Positions 44,347 to 52,381 of a stretch of DNA of 64,000 bases are shown here, in pieces. The stretch spans positions 1,390-65,389 of the forward strand of contig JAZSBE010000072.1 of NCBI GenBank assembly GCA_045602215.1, written 5' to 3'. Source of the DNA: Eubacteriales bacterium. GTDB lineage: Bacteria; Bacillota; Clostridia; Oscillospirales; CAG-272. Each line of letters opens with the position of its first letter. The stretch's first letter is position 1. Under the pieces are notes generated by a model that searched no databases, was not told the origin of the DNA, and worked only from the letters and a program-made list of their open reading frames with translations. Both the position numbers and the translations under genes were made by a program.

Positions 44347-46650
44347 ATGGATTTTAATTTGAAAGAAGTTGCCGATAGAATCAAGGAGCTTCGGGAAGCC
44401 AAGGGCTTTACGCAGGCAGAGCTTGCAAAGCTGACGGGTGTGTCCGAGGAGGACTATCGGATTTTGGAGATGGGCGAGACGGACTTTACCTTCACGTTCA
44501 TCTATAAGTGCGCCAAGGCGTGCGGCGTTGAGGTGGTAGATCTGCTTGAGGGTACCAGCTCGACTCTGACCTCCTTCTCCATCACGCGTCGGGGTGAGGG
44601 ACTCAAGATCGTCAAGAAAAACGGTTTTGTCTACAACAACCTCGCGCCCAAGTTCAAGGATAAGCTTGCCGAGCCCTTCCTCGTCAGCTTCCCCTATATC
44701 CCCGAGGAGCAGAACGCGCCCCTCAAGCTCAGCTCTCACAACGGTCAGGAGTTTGACGTCATCGTCAAGGGAGCTCTGAAGGTTCAGGTGGGCGACCACG
44801 TGGATATCCTCAATGAGGGCGACTCCATCTTCTATAACAGTCTCATTCCCCACGGCATGATCGCGGTCAGCGAGGGCGGATGCGAGTTCCACGCAGTGGT
44901 GCTCAATCCCCAGAACGGCGAGGTCACCGAGGAATATCCCGAAACGCCTTACGTTGTCGCCAAGGCGCCCGTAGTCGAAAAGAGCGCCGAAACGGTTGCA
45001 GACAAGTTCGTGACCTCCTCCTACGACGAGCACGGCGTCTTCAACGGCATCACATTCAAGAATGACGATCAGTTCAACTTCGCGTTCGACTGCGTTGACG
45101 CGATCGCTGACAAGGATCCAGACAAGCTCGCGATGATGTGGGTGGCAAACGATAAGACCGACCGCCGCTTCACCTTCCGCGATATGAAGCGCTATTCGGC
45201 AAAGACCGCAAACTATTTTGAATCGCTCGGCATCAAGAAGGGCGACACCGTTATGCTGGTGCTCAAGCGTCACTACCAGTTCTGGTTCTGTATGCTTGCG
45301 CTCCACAAGATCGGCGCGATCGCAATTCCCGCGACCAATCAGCTCGTCGAGCACGACTTTGCATACCGCTACAAGGCGGCAAAGGTCAAGGCGATCGTTT
45401 GCACCGCCGACGGAGACGTCTCTCTCGAGGCAGAAAAGGCTGCCGCCGAGTACCCCGAAATGGTCAAGATCCTTGTGGGCGGCAAGAAGGACGGCTGGAA
45501 GGACTTCAACGTAGAAATGGAGCGCTTCAGCACCCATTACTACCGCAACGAGAATACCCCCTGCGGCAATGACCCCATGCTCATGCTCTTTACCTCGGGC
45601 ACGACGGGTTACCCCCGCATCGCAACCCATTCCTACAAATATGCTCTGGGTCACTACCCCACGGCAAAGCATTGGCACAACGTCAACCCCGACGGCCTGC
45701 ACTTCACCATCTCGGATACGGGCTGGGGTAAGGCTCTCTGGGGCAAGCTCTACGGTCAGTGGCTGTGCGAGGCAGGTGTCTTCACCTACGACTTCGACCG
45801 ATTCCACTCCGAGGATATTCTTCCCCTCTTCAAGAAGTACAACATCACCACCTTCTGCGCTCCCCCCACCATGTATCGCTTCTTTATCAAGGAGGACCTC
45901 TCCAAGTACGATCTTTCCTCGATCCAGTACGCGACCACGGCAGGAGAAGCGCTCAATCCCGAGGTGTTCAACCAGTTCAAGAAGGCAACGGGACTTACCA
46001 TCATGGAAGGCTTCGGACAGACCGAGACCACCCTGTCGGTTGCAAACTTCGTGGGCTCTACACCCAGAATCGGCTCGATGGGTAAGCCCAGTCCGCTCTA
46101 TGACGTGGTGATCCTTGATCCCGACGGAAACGAGTGCAAGACGGGTGACACGGGTGAAATCTGCATCCGCACCAAGGACAACGTTCCCTGCGGCCTCTTC
46201 ATCGGCTACTATCTTGATGAAGAAAAGACCAACGACGTGTGGCACGACGGCTACTACCACACGGGCGACCAGGCGACCATGGACGAGGACGGATACCTCT
46301 GGTACGTGGGTCGAATCGACGACGTCATCAAATCCTCGGGTTACCGTATCGGCCCGTTTGAGATCGAGAGCGTGATCATGGAGCTTCCCTACGTGCTGCA
46401 ATGCGCCATCACCCCCGTTCCCGACGAGGTGCGCGGACAGATCGTCAAGGCGACCATCGTGCTCACCAAGGGCACCGTCGGCACCGACGCCCTCAAGAAG
46501 GAGATCCAAGAATACGTCAAGACGCACACCGCGCCCTACAAGTACCCCCGAATCGTGGAGTTCGTTGACGAGCTTCCCAAGACCATCAGCGGCAAGGTCA
46601 GACGTGTGGAGATCCGCAAGAAGGATCTCGAAAAAGCAAACGAGAAATAA
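44347..46650 (+). CDS. fusion protein: XRE-type HTH + cupin domain + AMP-forming (medium-chain type) acyl-CoA synthetase
   Basis: HTH FTQAELAKLTGVSEEDYRILEMGE. Cupin GQEFDVIVKGALKVQVGD...IPHGM. Ligase motifs FTSGTTGYPR, YHTGD, GRIDDVIKSSGYRIGPFEIE, PKTISGKVRR. AAAGGAG RBS. The antisense 744-aa ORF was rejected. Confidence 0.85.
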   Translation: MDFNLKEVADRIKELREAKGFTQAELAKLTGVSEEDYRILEMGETDFTFTFIYKCAKACGVEVVDLLEGTSSTLTSFSITRRGEGLKIVKKNGFVYNNLAPKFKDKLAEPFLVSFPYIPEEQNAPLKLSSHNGQEFDVIVKGALKVQVGDHVDILNEGDSIFYNSLIPHGMIAVSEGGCEFHAVVLNPQNGEVTEEYPETPYVVAKAPVVEKSAETVADKFVTSSYDEHGVFNGITFKNDDQFNFAFDCVDAIADKDPDKLAMMWVANDKTDRRFTFRDMKRYSAKTANYFESLGIKKGDTVMLVLKRHYQFWFCMLALHKIGAIAIPATNQLVEHDFAYRYKAAKVKAIVCTADGDVSLEAEKAAAEYPEMVKILVGGKKDGWKDFNVEMERFSTHYYRNENTPCGNDPMLMLFTSGTTGYPRIATHSYKYALGHYPTAKHWHNVNPDGLHFTISDTGWGKALWGKLYGQWLCEAGVFTYDFDRFHSEDILPLFKKYNITTFCAPPTMYRFFIKEDLSKYDLSSIQYATTAGEALNPEVFNQFKKATGLTIMEGFGQTETTLSVANFVGSTPRIGSMGKPSPLYDVVILDPDGNECKTGDTGEICIRTKDNVPCGLFIGYYLDEEKTNDVWHDGYYHTGDQATMDEDGYLWYVGRIDDVIKSSGYRIGPFEIESVIMELPYVLQCAITPVPDEVRGQIVKATIVLTKGTVGTDALKKEIQEYVKTHTAPYKYPRIVEFVDELPKTISGKVRRVEIRKKDLEKANEK

Positions 46651-46656
46651 AAATAA

Positions 46657-46688
46657 GAGGCAAGGATCTAGGTCCTTGCCTCATTTTC
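46657..46688. terminator. bidirectional terminator shared by the convergent ligase and symporter genes
   Basis: 10-bp stem GAGGCAAGGA / TCCTTGCCTC, A-rich on the left and ATTTTCTT on the right. Confidence 0.7.
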
Positions 46689-48239
46689 TTATTCTTCGTC
46701 ATAGCAGGAGAAGATCTCCTCTACTCGCTCGGTATCCTTCTGCTTGGTAAGCGCGCTGACAACGGGTACCACGATCAGGGAGACCGCCATAGCGGCAACG
46801 CCCATCTCGGGCGACTTTGCAGCCGCTGCGGAGAAGCCCGAAGTCAGAGAAATGACCAGCGTGGGAATGCCAACGGTCAGAAGTCCTGCAAGCATCCCTG
46901 CATACGCGCCGATCTTGGTGATCTTCTTGGAGAAAAGTCCCCAGATATATGGGCCGATGAAGCAGCCCGAAACCACACCCCAGGAGAAGGACATCACACT
47001 GACGATGATCGGGATATTGCGCGTTGCGAAGAAGAAGGAGCATCCCACGAACGCAAGGCACAAGAGTCTTGTCAGGAGCATCTGTGTCTCCGACTTCACA
47101 CTCTTTTTTCTGACAGCGGGAATAAGATCCACCGCCACCGCCGACGCGGAGGTCAAAACGACCGAAACCAGCGTGGACATGGACGCGGACAGAAGCAACA
47201 CGATCATGACTGCCAGAAGAACCGTTCCAAAGACGTTTGCACCCAGCACCTCCATGAGCACCGAGGGAATGATCGCGTCAATGCCGCCCTCGGGAAGCTT
47301 GCCGCCCAAAATCAGCCTTGACGTGCAACCGATCAGGTATGCGCCACAGCCAATGATCACGCAGAAAATGGTGGAGATCACCGTTCCGCGCTTGATGGAA
47401 TCGGTATCCTTAATGGCGTAGAACTTTCCGATCATCTGCGGAAGTCCCCACGTACCGAAGCTGGTCAGCAGGATGTTAAAGCAGAGGAACTTGAAGGAAG
47501 ATCCGCCGAAAATACTGGTCAATTGTGCCCCCGTGGTGGGATTGGGGTCATCGGGGAGAGACTCAAACGCCTTGAGATTTTGGATCAAGCCCCCAAGACC
47601 GCCCACGCGATCGTGACCGAGCACAACGACCACCAGGCAAACCACGCCCGCGATCATCACGATTCCCTGAATGAGATTGGTGTATGCGGTTGCGATGTAT
47701 CCGCCGATCACGAGGTAGATCGCGGTCAGGCAGGCGATCAAAAGCATCCAAACCCAAGTCTCCACACCCGGGAAGATCACCTGAAAGAGAGATCCCAGTC
47801 CCTTATAGACCGCCGCGGAGTACGGCACGAGGAAGATGAAGATGATGATCGCCGAGAGGACCTTCATGCCCTTCGCGCCATACCGTTTTTCAAAATAATC
47901 GGGCATGGTCTTGGCATTCAGCCGCCCCGTCATCTTTCTGGTGCGGTTGGCAAGCAGGATCCAAGAGAGCAAGCAACCGAGGACGGCGTTGCCGACGCCG
48001 ATCCAGATACTGCCCAGACCGATGTTCCAGCCGTGCTGTCCCGCGTAGCCGACGAACACCACCGCCGAGAAATAGGTCGTTCCGTAAGCGAACGCCGTCA
48101 TCCACGCGCCAATGTTTCTACCTCCGATCAGAAAGCCGTCCAGCGTTTTGGATTTTCCGTAGCTGATGCAACCTGCGAATGCCATTGCGATGCCGTAAAG
48201 GCAAAGCGCTACGATGGTGTAAAGTTGTGGAGCTGTCAT
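46689..48239 (-). CDS. sodium:solute symporter (SSS) family transporter
   Basis: 516 aa, about 13 TM helices. N-terminal GFLIGGRNIGAWMTAFAYGTTYFSAVVFVGYAG is typical of the SSS family (PutP/PanF/ActP relatives). AAAGGAGG RBS. Confidence 0.85.
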   Translation of the reverse strand: MTAPQLYTIVALCLYGIAMAFAGCISYGKSKTLDGFLIGGRNIGAWMTAFAYGTTYFSAVVFVGYAGQHGWNIGLGSIWIGVGNAVLGCLLSWILLANRTRKMTGRLNAKTMPDYFEKRYGAKGMKVLSAIIIFIFLVPYSAAVYKGLGSLFQVIFPGVETWVWMLLIACLTAIYLVIGGYIATAYTNLIQGIVMIAGVVCLVVVVLGHDRVGGLGGLIQNLKAFESLPDDPNPTTGAQLTSIFGGSSFKFLCFNILLTSFGTWGLPQMIGKFYAIKDTDSIKRGTVISTIFCVIIGCGAYLIGCTSRLILGGKLPEGGIDAIIPSVLMEVLGANVFGTVLLAVMIVLLLSASMSTLVSVVLTSASAVAVDLIPAVRKKSVKSETQMLLTRLLCLAFVGCSFFFATRNIPIIVSVMSFSWGVVSGCFIGPYIWGLFSKKITKIGAYAGMLAGLLTVGIPTLVISLTSGFSAAAAKSPEMGVAAMAVSLIVVPVVSALTKQKDTERVEEIFSCYDEE

Positions 48240-48280
48240 GTTTTTTTCCTCCTTTGGTTTTTGGAATGACAGAGAAACCT

Positions 48281-48570
48281 CAGAGAGGAAAAAAACACGC
48301 CCTCTGCATTCCGTTCAGAATACAGAGGACGAGAAATTCCCGCGGTACCACCTCAATTTACCGACGTCTCGCGACTTCGGCCTTTCAGAGTGTCTATCAA
48401 CACCCCCGTTCTGTAACGGGAACACCCGTTGCGGCCTACTGAAAAAAGCTTCGTTCGGCGCACTGCTCGCAGGATGTATTCCGCTCGGGCTCTCCGTTGT
48501 CTTGCACCAACCGACAACTCTCTGTAGGAAAATTCCAAGCCTACTCTTTCCTGCTCAAACGCATTTGATA
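48281..48570 (-). promoter_or_regulatory. T-box riboswitch leader, specifier UAC (Tyr)
   Basis: Reverse strand shows K-turn TGC-GUUU-GA-GCAGGA / UCCUGC-GA-GCA, AAGAGUAG, AG bulge AGAGAG, distal loop GGUUGGUGCAA, and specifier loop GGAA-UAC-A (UAC = forward 48476-48478). Also F-box-like CCGUUA, T-box AAUUGAGGUGGUACCGCGGG, and terminator CGTCCTCTG/CAGAGGGCG followed by a U-run. Confidence 0.85.
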
Positions 48571-48575
48571 CTGGT

Positions 48576-48604
48576 ATTATAGCACCATCGAGGCGTATTG
48601 TCAA
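48576..48604 (-). promoter_or_regulatory. sigma70-type promoter of the Tyr T-box leader
   Basis: Reverse strand reads TTGACA-17 nt-TATAAT (perfect consensus). Confidence 0.65.
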
Positions 48605-48632
48605 GCATTTTTTTACATTTTGCGCCTATAAA

Positions 48633-49559
48633 CTATTGCGCGGTCTTCAGATACTCCTCAGAAAGATGCGCCGCCACCGCGCCGTCTCCCACCGCCGTGA
48701 CCACCTGTCGGAGAATCTTGGTCCGCACGTCTCCCACGGCAAACACACCCTCAAGGTTGGTCTTGGTCGTTTCGTCCGCAATCACGTACCCTTGCGCGTC
48801 CAGATCCACCTGCCCTGCAAACAATTCGGTGGCGGGAAGGCGGCCCACGCTGACAAACAGTCCGTCCAAGGGGAGCGACTGCCGCTCACCGCTTTGCGTA
48901 TTTTGCAGCACAATGCCCGTCAGCTTGCCTTCGGACACACTCCATTCGGCAACGGTGTTGTTCCATAAGAACTCGACGTTTTCCGCCGCCATCAGCGGCT
49001 TTTCATAGATCGCGGTCGCGCGAAGGCGATCCCTGCGGTGAATGAGATACACCTTTTTTGCAAGTCCCGAGAGATACAAGGCGTCCGACACAGCGGAGTT
49101 CCCTCCTCCCACGACGGCAACGACCTTATCCTTGTAGAATCGTCCATCGCAGTGCGCGCAATAGTGCAAGCCGCGCCCGACAAAGTTCTCCTCTCCCGCA
49201 AGTCCCAAGGGTCTCGGATTTGCTCCCGTCGCAATCACGACCGTCTTCGCCAGACGTTCCCCGTCGGAGGTCAGAATCCGCTTGATCCTGCCCTTCAGAT
49301 CTACCTGCAAGACCTCCGTATATTCGGTCTTCGCGCCAAACCGCTCCGCCCCCGCTTGCATCCTCATACCCAGCGTAAAGCCGTCCACCCCCTCGTCATA
49401 ACCGGGGTAGTTATCGATCACGTCGGTCAGAGCCATCTGCCCGCCCACCGACATTCGCTCGAGAACCAAGGTATCCAGCCCTGCACGGCAGGCATAGAGC
49501 GCCGCCGTGTATCCCGCAGGCCCTCCGCCAATCACGATCATATCGTAAACTCGATCCAT
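48633..49559 (-). CDS. trxB: thioredoxin-disulfide reductase
   Basis: 308 aa. VIGGGPAGYTAALYA FAD motif, redox-active CAHCDG, GGGNSA NADPH motif. AAGGAGGTGG RBS. Confidence 0.9.
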   Translation of the reverse strand: MDRVYDMIVIGGGPAGYTAALYACRAGLDTLVLERMSVGGQMALTDVIDNYPGYDEGVDGFTLGMRMQAGAERFGAKTEYTEVLQVDLKGRIKRILTSDGERLAKTVVIATGANPRPLGLAGEENFVGRGLHYCAHCDGRFYKDKVVAVVGGGNSAVSDALYLSGLAKKVYLIHRRDRLRATAIYEKPLMAAENVEFLWNNTVAEWSVSEGKLTGIVLQNTQSGERQSLPLDGLFVSVGRLPATELFAGQVDLDAQGYVIADETTKTNLEGVFAVGDVRTKILRQVVTAVGDGAVAAHLSEEYLKTAQ

Positions 49560-49652
49560 CAGAGTCCACCTCCTTTTTTTATAATATTACCACTTTTCCA
49601 AAGAAATTTCCGTGATTCGGTCACGGTCATAGAAAGATTTCAAGAGAAAAGA

Positions 49653-49700
49653 GAAATGACCCTTGATCACGGTTGTAAGCCCACGATCAAGGGTCATTTC
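49653..49700 (-). terminator. strong hairpin with U-tract upstream of trxB (terminator/attenuator)
   Basis: Perfect 16-bp inverted repeat GAAATGACCCTTGATC / GATCAAGGGTCATTTC with a 16-nt loop, followed on the reverse strand by TCTTTTCTCTT. Confidence 0.55.
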
Positions 49701-49940
49701 TGTTCACTCTTAATATCTAACTTCATTTGGTCAACCTCTCTTTCTGCAAGTTCCTTCTGATCATACACAAAGACTTTTTTCAAAAACGCTCACACTCTGA
49801 ATTTTCTTAAGCTCCCAAACGGAGGATTTTCACACAATATACGTCTCACGCACACAACTTAGAACACCCGCACTCGTCTTTGCGTACAATCTGTACTCAG
49901 TGTTTCATTGGACCGTACCTCCTTGTCCTTTTGCACCTTT

Positions 49941-49969
49941 AGTATAGCACATTTTTTTCGCCTTTGCAA
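49941..49969 (-). promoter_or_regulatory. orphan sigma70-type promoter pointing toward trxB
   Basis: Reverse strand reads TTGCAA-17 nt-TATACT with a TG extended -10. There is no annotated gene between it and the 49653-49700 hairpin. Confidence 0.45.
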
Positions 49970-50043
49970 TCGGCAATTTGTTAGAAATATCTAATATTTT
50001 TTTGTATGAAAAATAGAAATTGATAATATTGACCAATTTTGTA

Positions 50044-50072
50044 TTTACAAAAGGAAAAAATTGTGATATAAT
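50044..50072 (+). promoter_or_regulatory. sigma70-type promoter of the glycine-rich protein gene
   Basis: TTTACA-17 nt-TATAAT with upstream TG. Leaves a ~120-nt 5' UTR. Confidence 0.5.
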
Positions 50073-50197
50073 AAATTTATGTGGTGACAAAACGGCGGTG
50101 AAAAAGATTCATTTCATTTTCTCATTGGAATCAGATTCCCGTCACCAAGCCATACTAAAATAAAATTAAAGTATTCATTGAAAGTGAGGATATCGGT

Positions 50198-51190
50198 ATG
50201 CCAGGACCGGGCGGCGGCAGTAACGGCGGTGGCGGATCCCGAGGCGGCTTTGGAGGCGGAAGCTACGGCGGAGGCTCCAGAGGTGGCTTTGGAGGAGGCT
50301 TTGGCGGCGGACATCACGGCGGATTCGGAGGTCCCCATCGTCCCCCACGCAGAGGACATTATTTTGGCGGACCTTTTTGGGGCGGCTATTGGGGCCCCAG
50401 AAGATATTATTACGGAGGTGGCGGCTGTCTCGGCGGGCTTCTCGGGCTGATCTTTGTGCCCGTGATCCTGATCCTGATGGCGGCAGTGATGCTTTTTGCC
50501 ACCGTTGGAACGGCGTTCACAGACGTTACCAGTGGCGGAAGCGTGAAGTATGACGAGAACACCTTCCAGGACTATGCGGACGCGCAGTATCGCGCGGAAT
50601 TTGGCAATTCCACCGCATACGAGGACAATCTTCTCCTCGTGGTACTGGTGGATGAGGACTATTACGATTACCATTATATCGCGTGGGTGGGCGATCACAT
50701 TCAGACTGACATCAACAAGCTGTTTGGAAACGAGCGCACCGAGTTTGGCAGAGCGATGGAGGCAAACGTCAACGTCAACTCCTATAAATACTCGCTCGAC
50801 TCCAATCTCGCCCAGGTCGTGGAGCAGATGACCGCGGTCATTGAACAGAAGAATCTGGAGAGCTCCTTCAAATGTAAAGAAGAGCATATCCAGGTCAATT
50901 CGCACGTGACCAATAAAACCGATCTCGACGTCACCGAGGAAACGGTTAACCTCGCCCTCACGGAATTTACCGAGACCACGGGAATCCCGATCGTTTTGGT
51001 GGTGGATGACGCCGAGGACGTGTTTGGAAAAACGATTGATTCCGGCTCGATCGTCATTGTCCTTCTTTCGGTTGCGATGATTGGCTTTGCAATCTATCTG
51101 ATCGTAAAATCCGTCCGTCAAAAGAGAGAGGACGGAGATGGGGGCGGTGGATACCGTGATTCCCGATCCGATCGCTCCGGCGGTTGGTAA
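50198..51190 (+). CDS. membrane protein with Gly/Arg/Phe-rich low-complexity termini and a TPM-like central domain
   Basis: 330 aa. Residues 1-75 are GGSRGGFGGGSYGGG-type repeats. Two TM helices flank a ~200-aa domain (DNLLLVVLVDED..YIAWVGD). The C-terminal tail is GDGGGGYRDSRSDRSGGW. GTGAGGA RBS. Confidence 0.65.
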   Translation: MPGPGGGSNGGGGSRGGFGGGSYGGGSRGGFGGGFGGGHHGGFGGPHRPPRRGHYFGGPFWGGYWGPRRYYYGGGGCLGGLLGLIFVPVILILMAAVMLFATVGTAFTDVTSGGSVKYDENTFQDYADAQYRAEFGNSTAYEDNLLLVVLVDEDYYDYHYIAWVGDHIQTDINKLFGNERTEFGRAMEANVNVNSYKYSLDSNLAQVVEQMTAVIEQKNLESSFKCKEEHIQVNSHVTNKTDLDVTEETVNLALTEFTETTGIPIVLVVDDAEDVFGKTIDSGSIVIVLLSVAMIGFAIYLIVKSVRQKREDGDGGGGYRDSRSDRSGGW

Positions 51191-51205
51191 CCGATAAGAT
51201 TACGG

Positions 51206-51225
51206 CCACTCCGCGCGCGGAGTGG
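51206..51225 (+). terminator. palindromic GC-rich hairpin after the glycine-rich protein gene (probable terminator)
   Basis: CCACTCCGCG/CGCGGAGTGG perfect palindrome followed by a weak T-tract. Confidence 0.45.
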
Positions 51226-51334
51226 GCGTTCGTTTGTCATTTGAAGAATTTGTTTTTCCAAAAGGATTGAAAACCGTCTCTCTTTGTGATACAATATTTC
51301 ATGTAATGTTTTTTCTGCAAAGGACAGTATCATC

Positions 51335-52288
51335 ATGATATTTCTAAAAATTCTGTCGGGGGTCGCCCTGACGCTGTTGCCTCTCGTTTTGATCGGCGCC
51401 TACGTCTGCTATCGCATGGTGTTCTATTCCTCGCCAAAGAGGAGCGCGGTCAAAAAGCAGGACTATCCCCTGCCCGAGGGAGAGGCCTACGAGCCCTTTC
51501 ACCCACAGATTACCGAATGGATCAAGGAAATGCGTGCGCTTCCCTCCAGAGAGGTGTCTGTCACCTCGTTCGACGGGCTGACGCTCCGCGGACGCTACTA
51601 TGAATTTTCACCCGACAATCCGATCGAGTTAATGTTCCACGGCTACCGCAGCTGGGGAGAGCGGGATCTGAGCGGCGGTGTGGCGAGATGCAAACGCCTT
51701 GGTCACAACGCGCTGGTGGTGGATCAGCGCGGCAGCAACAAAAGCGACGGACACGTGATCTCCTTCGGCGTTCTTGAAAGCCGAGACTGTCCCGTTTGGG
51801 TAGATTACATCCTCAAAGAGATCAACCCCAACGCCAAGATCATTTTAACGGGCATCTCCATGGGCGCCGCCACCGTGATGATCGCATCTGCCGTGGAAAT
51901 GCCCGATAACGTGGTGGCAACGCTTGCAGACTGTGGATATACGTCGGCAAAGGAGATCATTCAAAAGGTCATGAGAGATCAGAAATACCCCGTGAGGCTT
52001 CTCTACCCCCTCGTCAAGCTTGGCGCGAGGCTGTACGGAAAATTTGACCTTGAGGAGACCAGTCCCATCGAATCGGTCAGCCGCAGCCGCCTGCCCATCC
52101 TCTTTTTCCACGGTGAGGCAGACGATTTTGTTCCGCACGAGATGAGCCTGCAAAACTACGAGGCCTGCACGTCAAAAAAGAGAATGGTGAGTGTGCCGAA
52201 CGCCGCGCACGGGCTTTGTTTTCCCATTGATCAGGAGGCATATCTCGCTGAAATGCGTGATTTTTTCGATCCGATCCTGAATCCATGA
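51335..52288 (+). CDS. membrane-anchored alpha/beta hydrolase
   Basis: 317 aa. N-terminal TM helix, nucleophile elbow GISMGAAT, FHGEADDFVP and AAHGL catalytic-triad regions. TTGAAA-17-TACAAT lies upstream. Confidence 0.8.
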   Translation: MIFLKILSGVALTLLPLVLIGAYVCYRMVFYSSPKRSAVKKQDYPLPEGEAYEPFHPQITEWIKEMRALPSREVSVTSFDGLTLRGRYYEFSPDNPIELMFHGYRSWGERDLSGGVARCKRLGHNALVVDQRGSNKSDGHVISFGVLESRDCPVWVDYILKEINPNAKIILTGISMGAATVMIASAVEMPDNVVATLADCGYTSAKEIIQKVMRDQKYPVRLLYPLVKLGARLYGKFDLEETSPIESVSRSRLPILFFHGEADDFVPHEMSLQNYEACTSKKRMVSVPNAAHGLCFPIDQEAYLAEMRDFFDPILNP

Positions 52289-52381
52289 AGCCGTTTTCAC
52301 CATGATTTTTTCAGCAAAATCAAAATTGCCGCAGTTCCATTTCTGCGGCAATTTTCTTTCAAAAAAAGTTGAAAAAAAGTA

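Noticed and set aside
44293-46527. 744-aa minus-strand ORF opposite the HTH-cupin-ligase gene
   Set aside because: It is antisense to a frame with complete adenylate-forming enzyme motifs and a T-box leader feeding that frame. It also starts inside the T-box terminator region.
50114-51121. 335-aa minus-strand ORF opposite the glycine-rich protein gene
   Set aside because: Both frames are low-complexity at the GC-rich end. Only the plus frame has a promoter, an RBS (GTGAGGA), two clean TM helices and a globular central domain. The minus frame runs into the promoter region.
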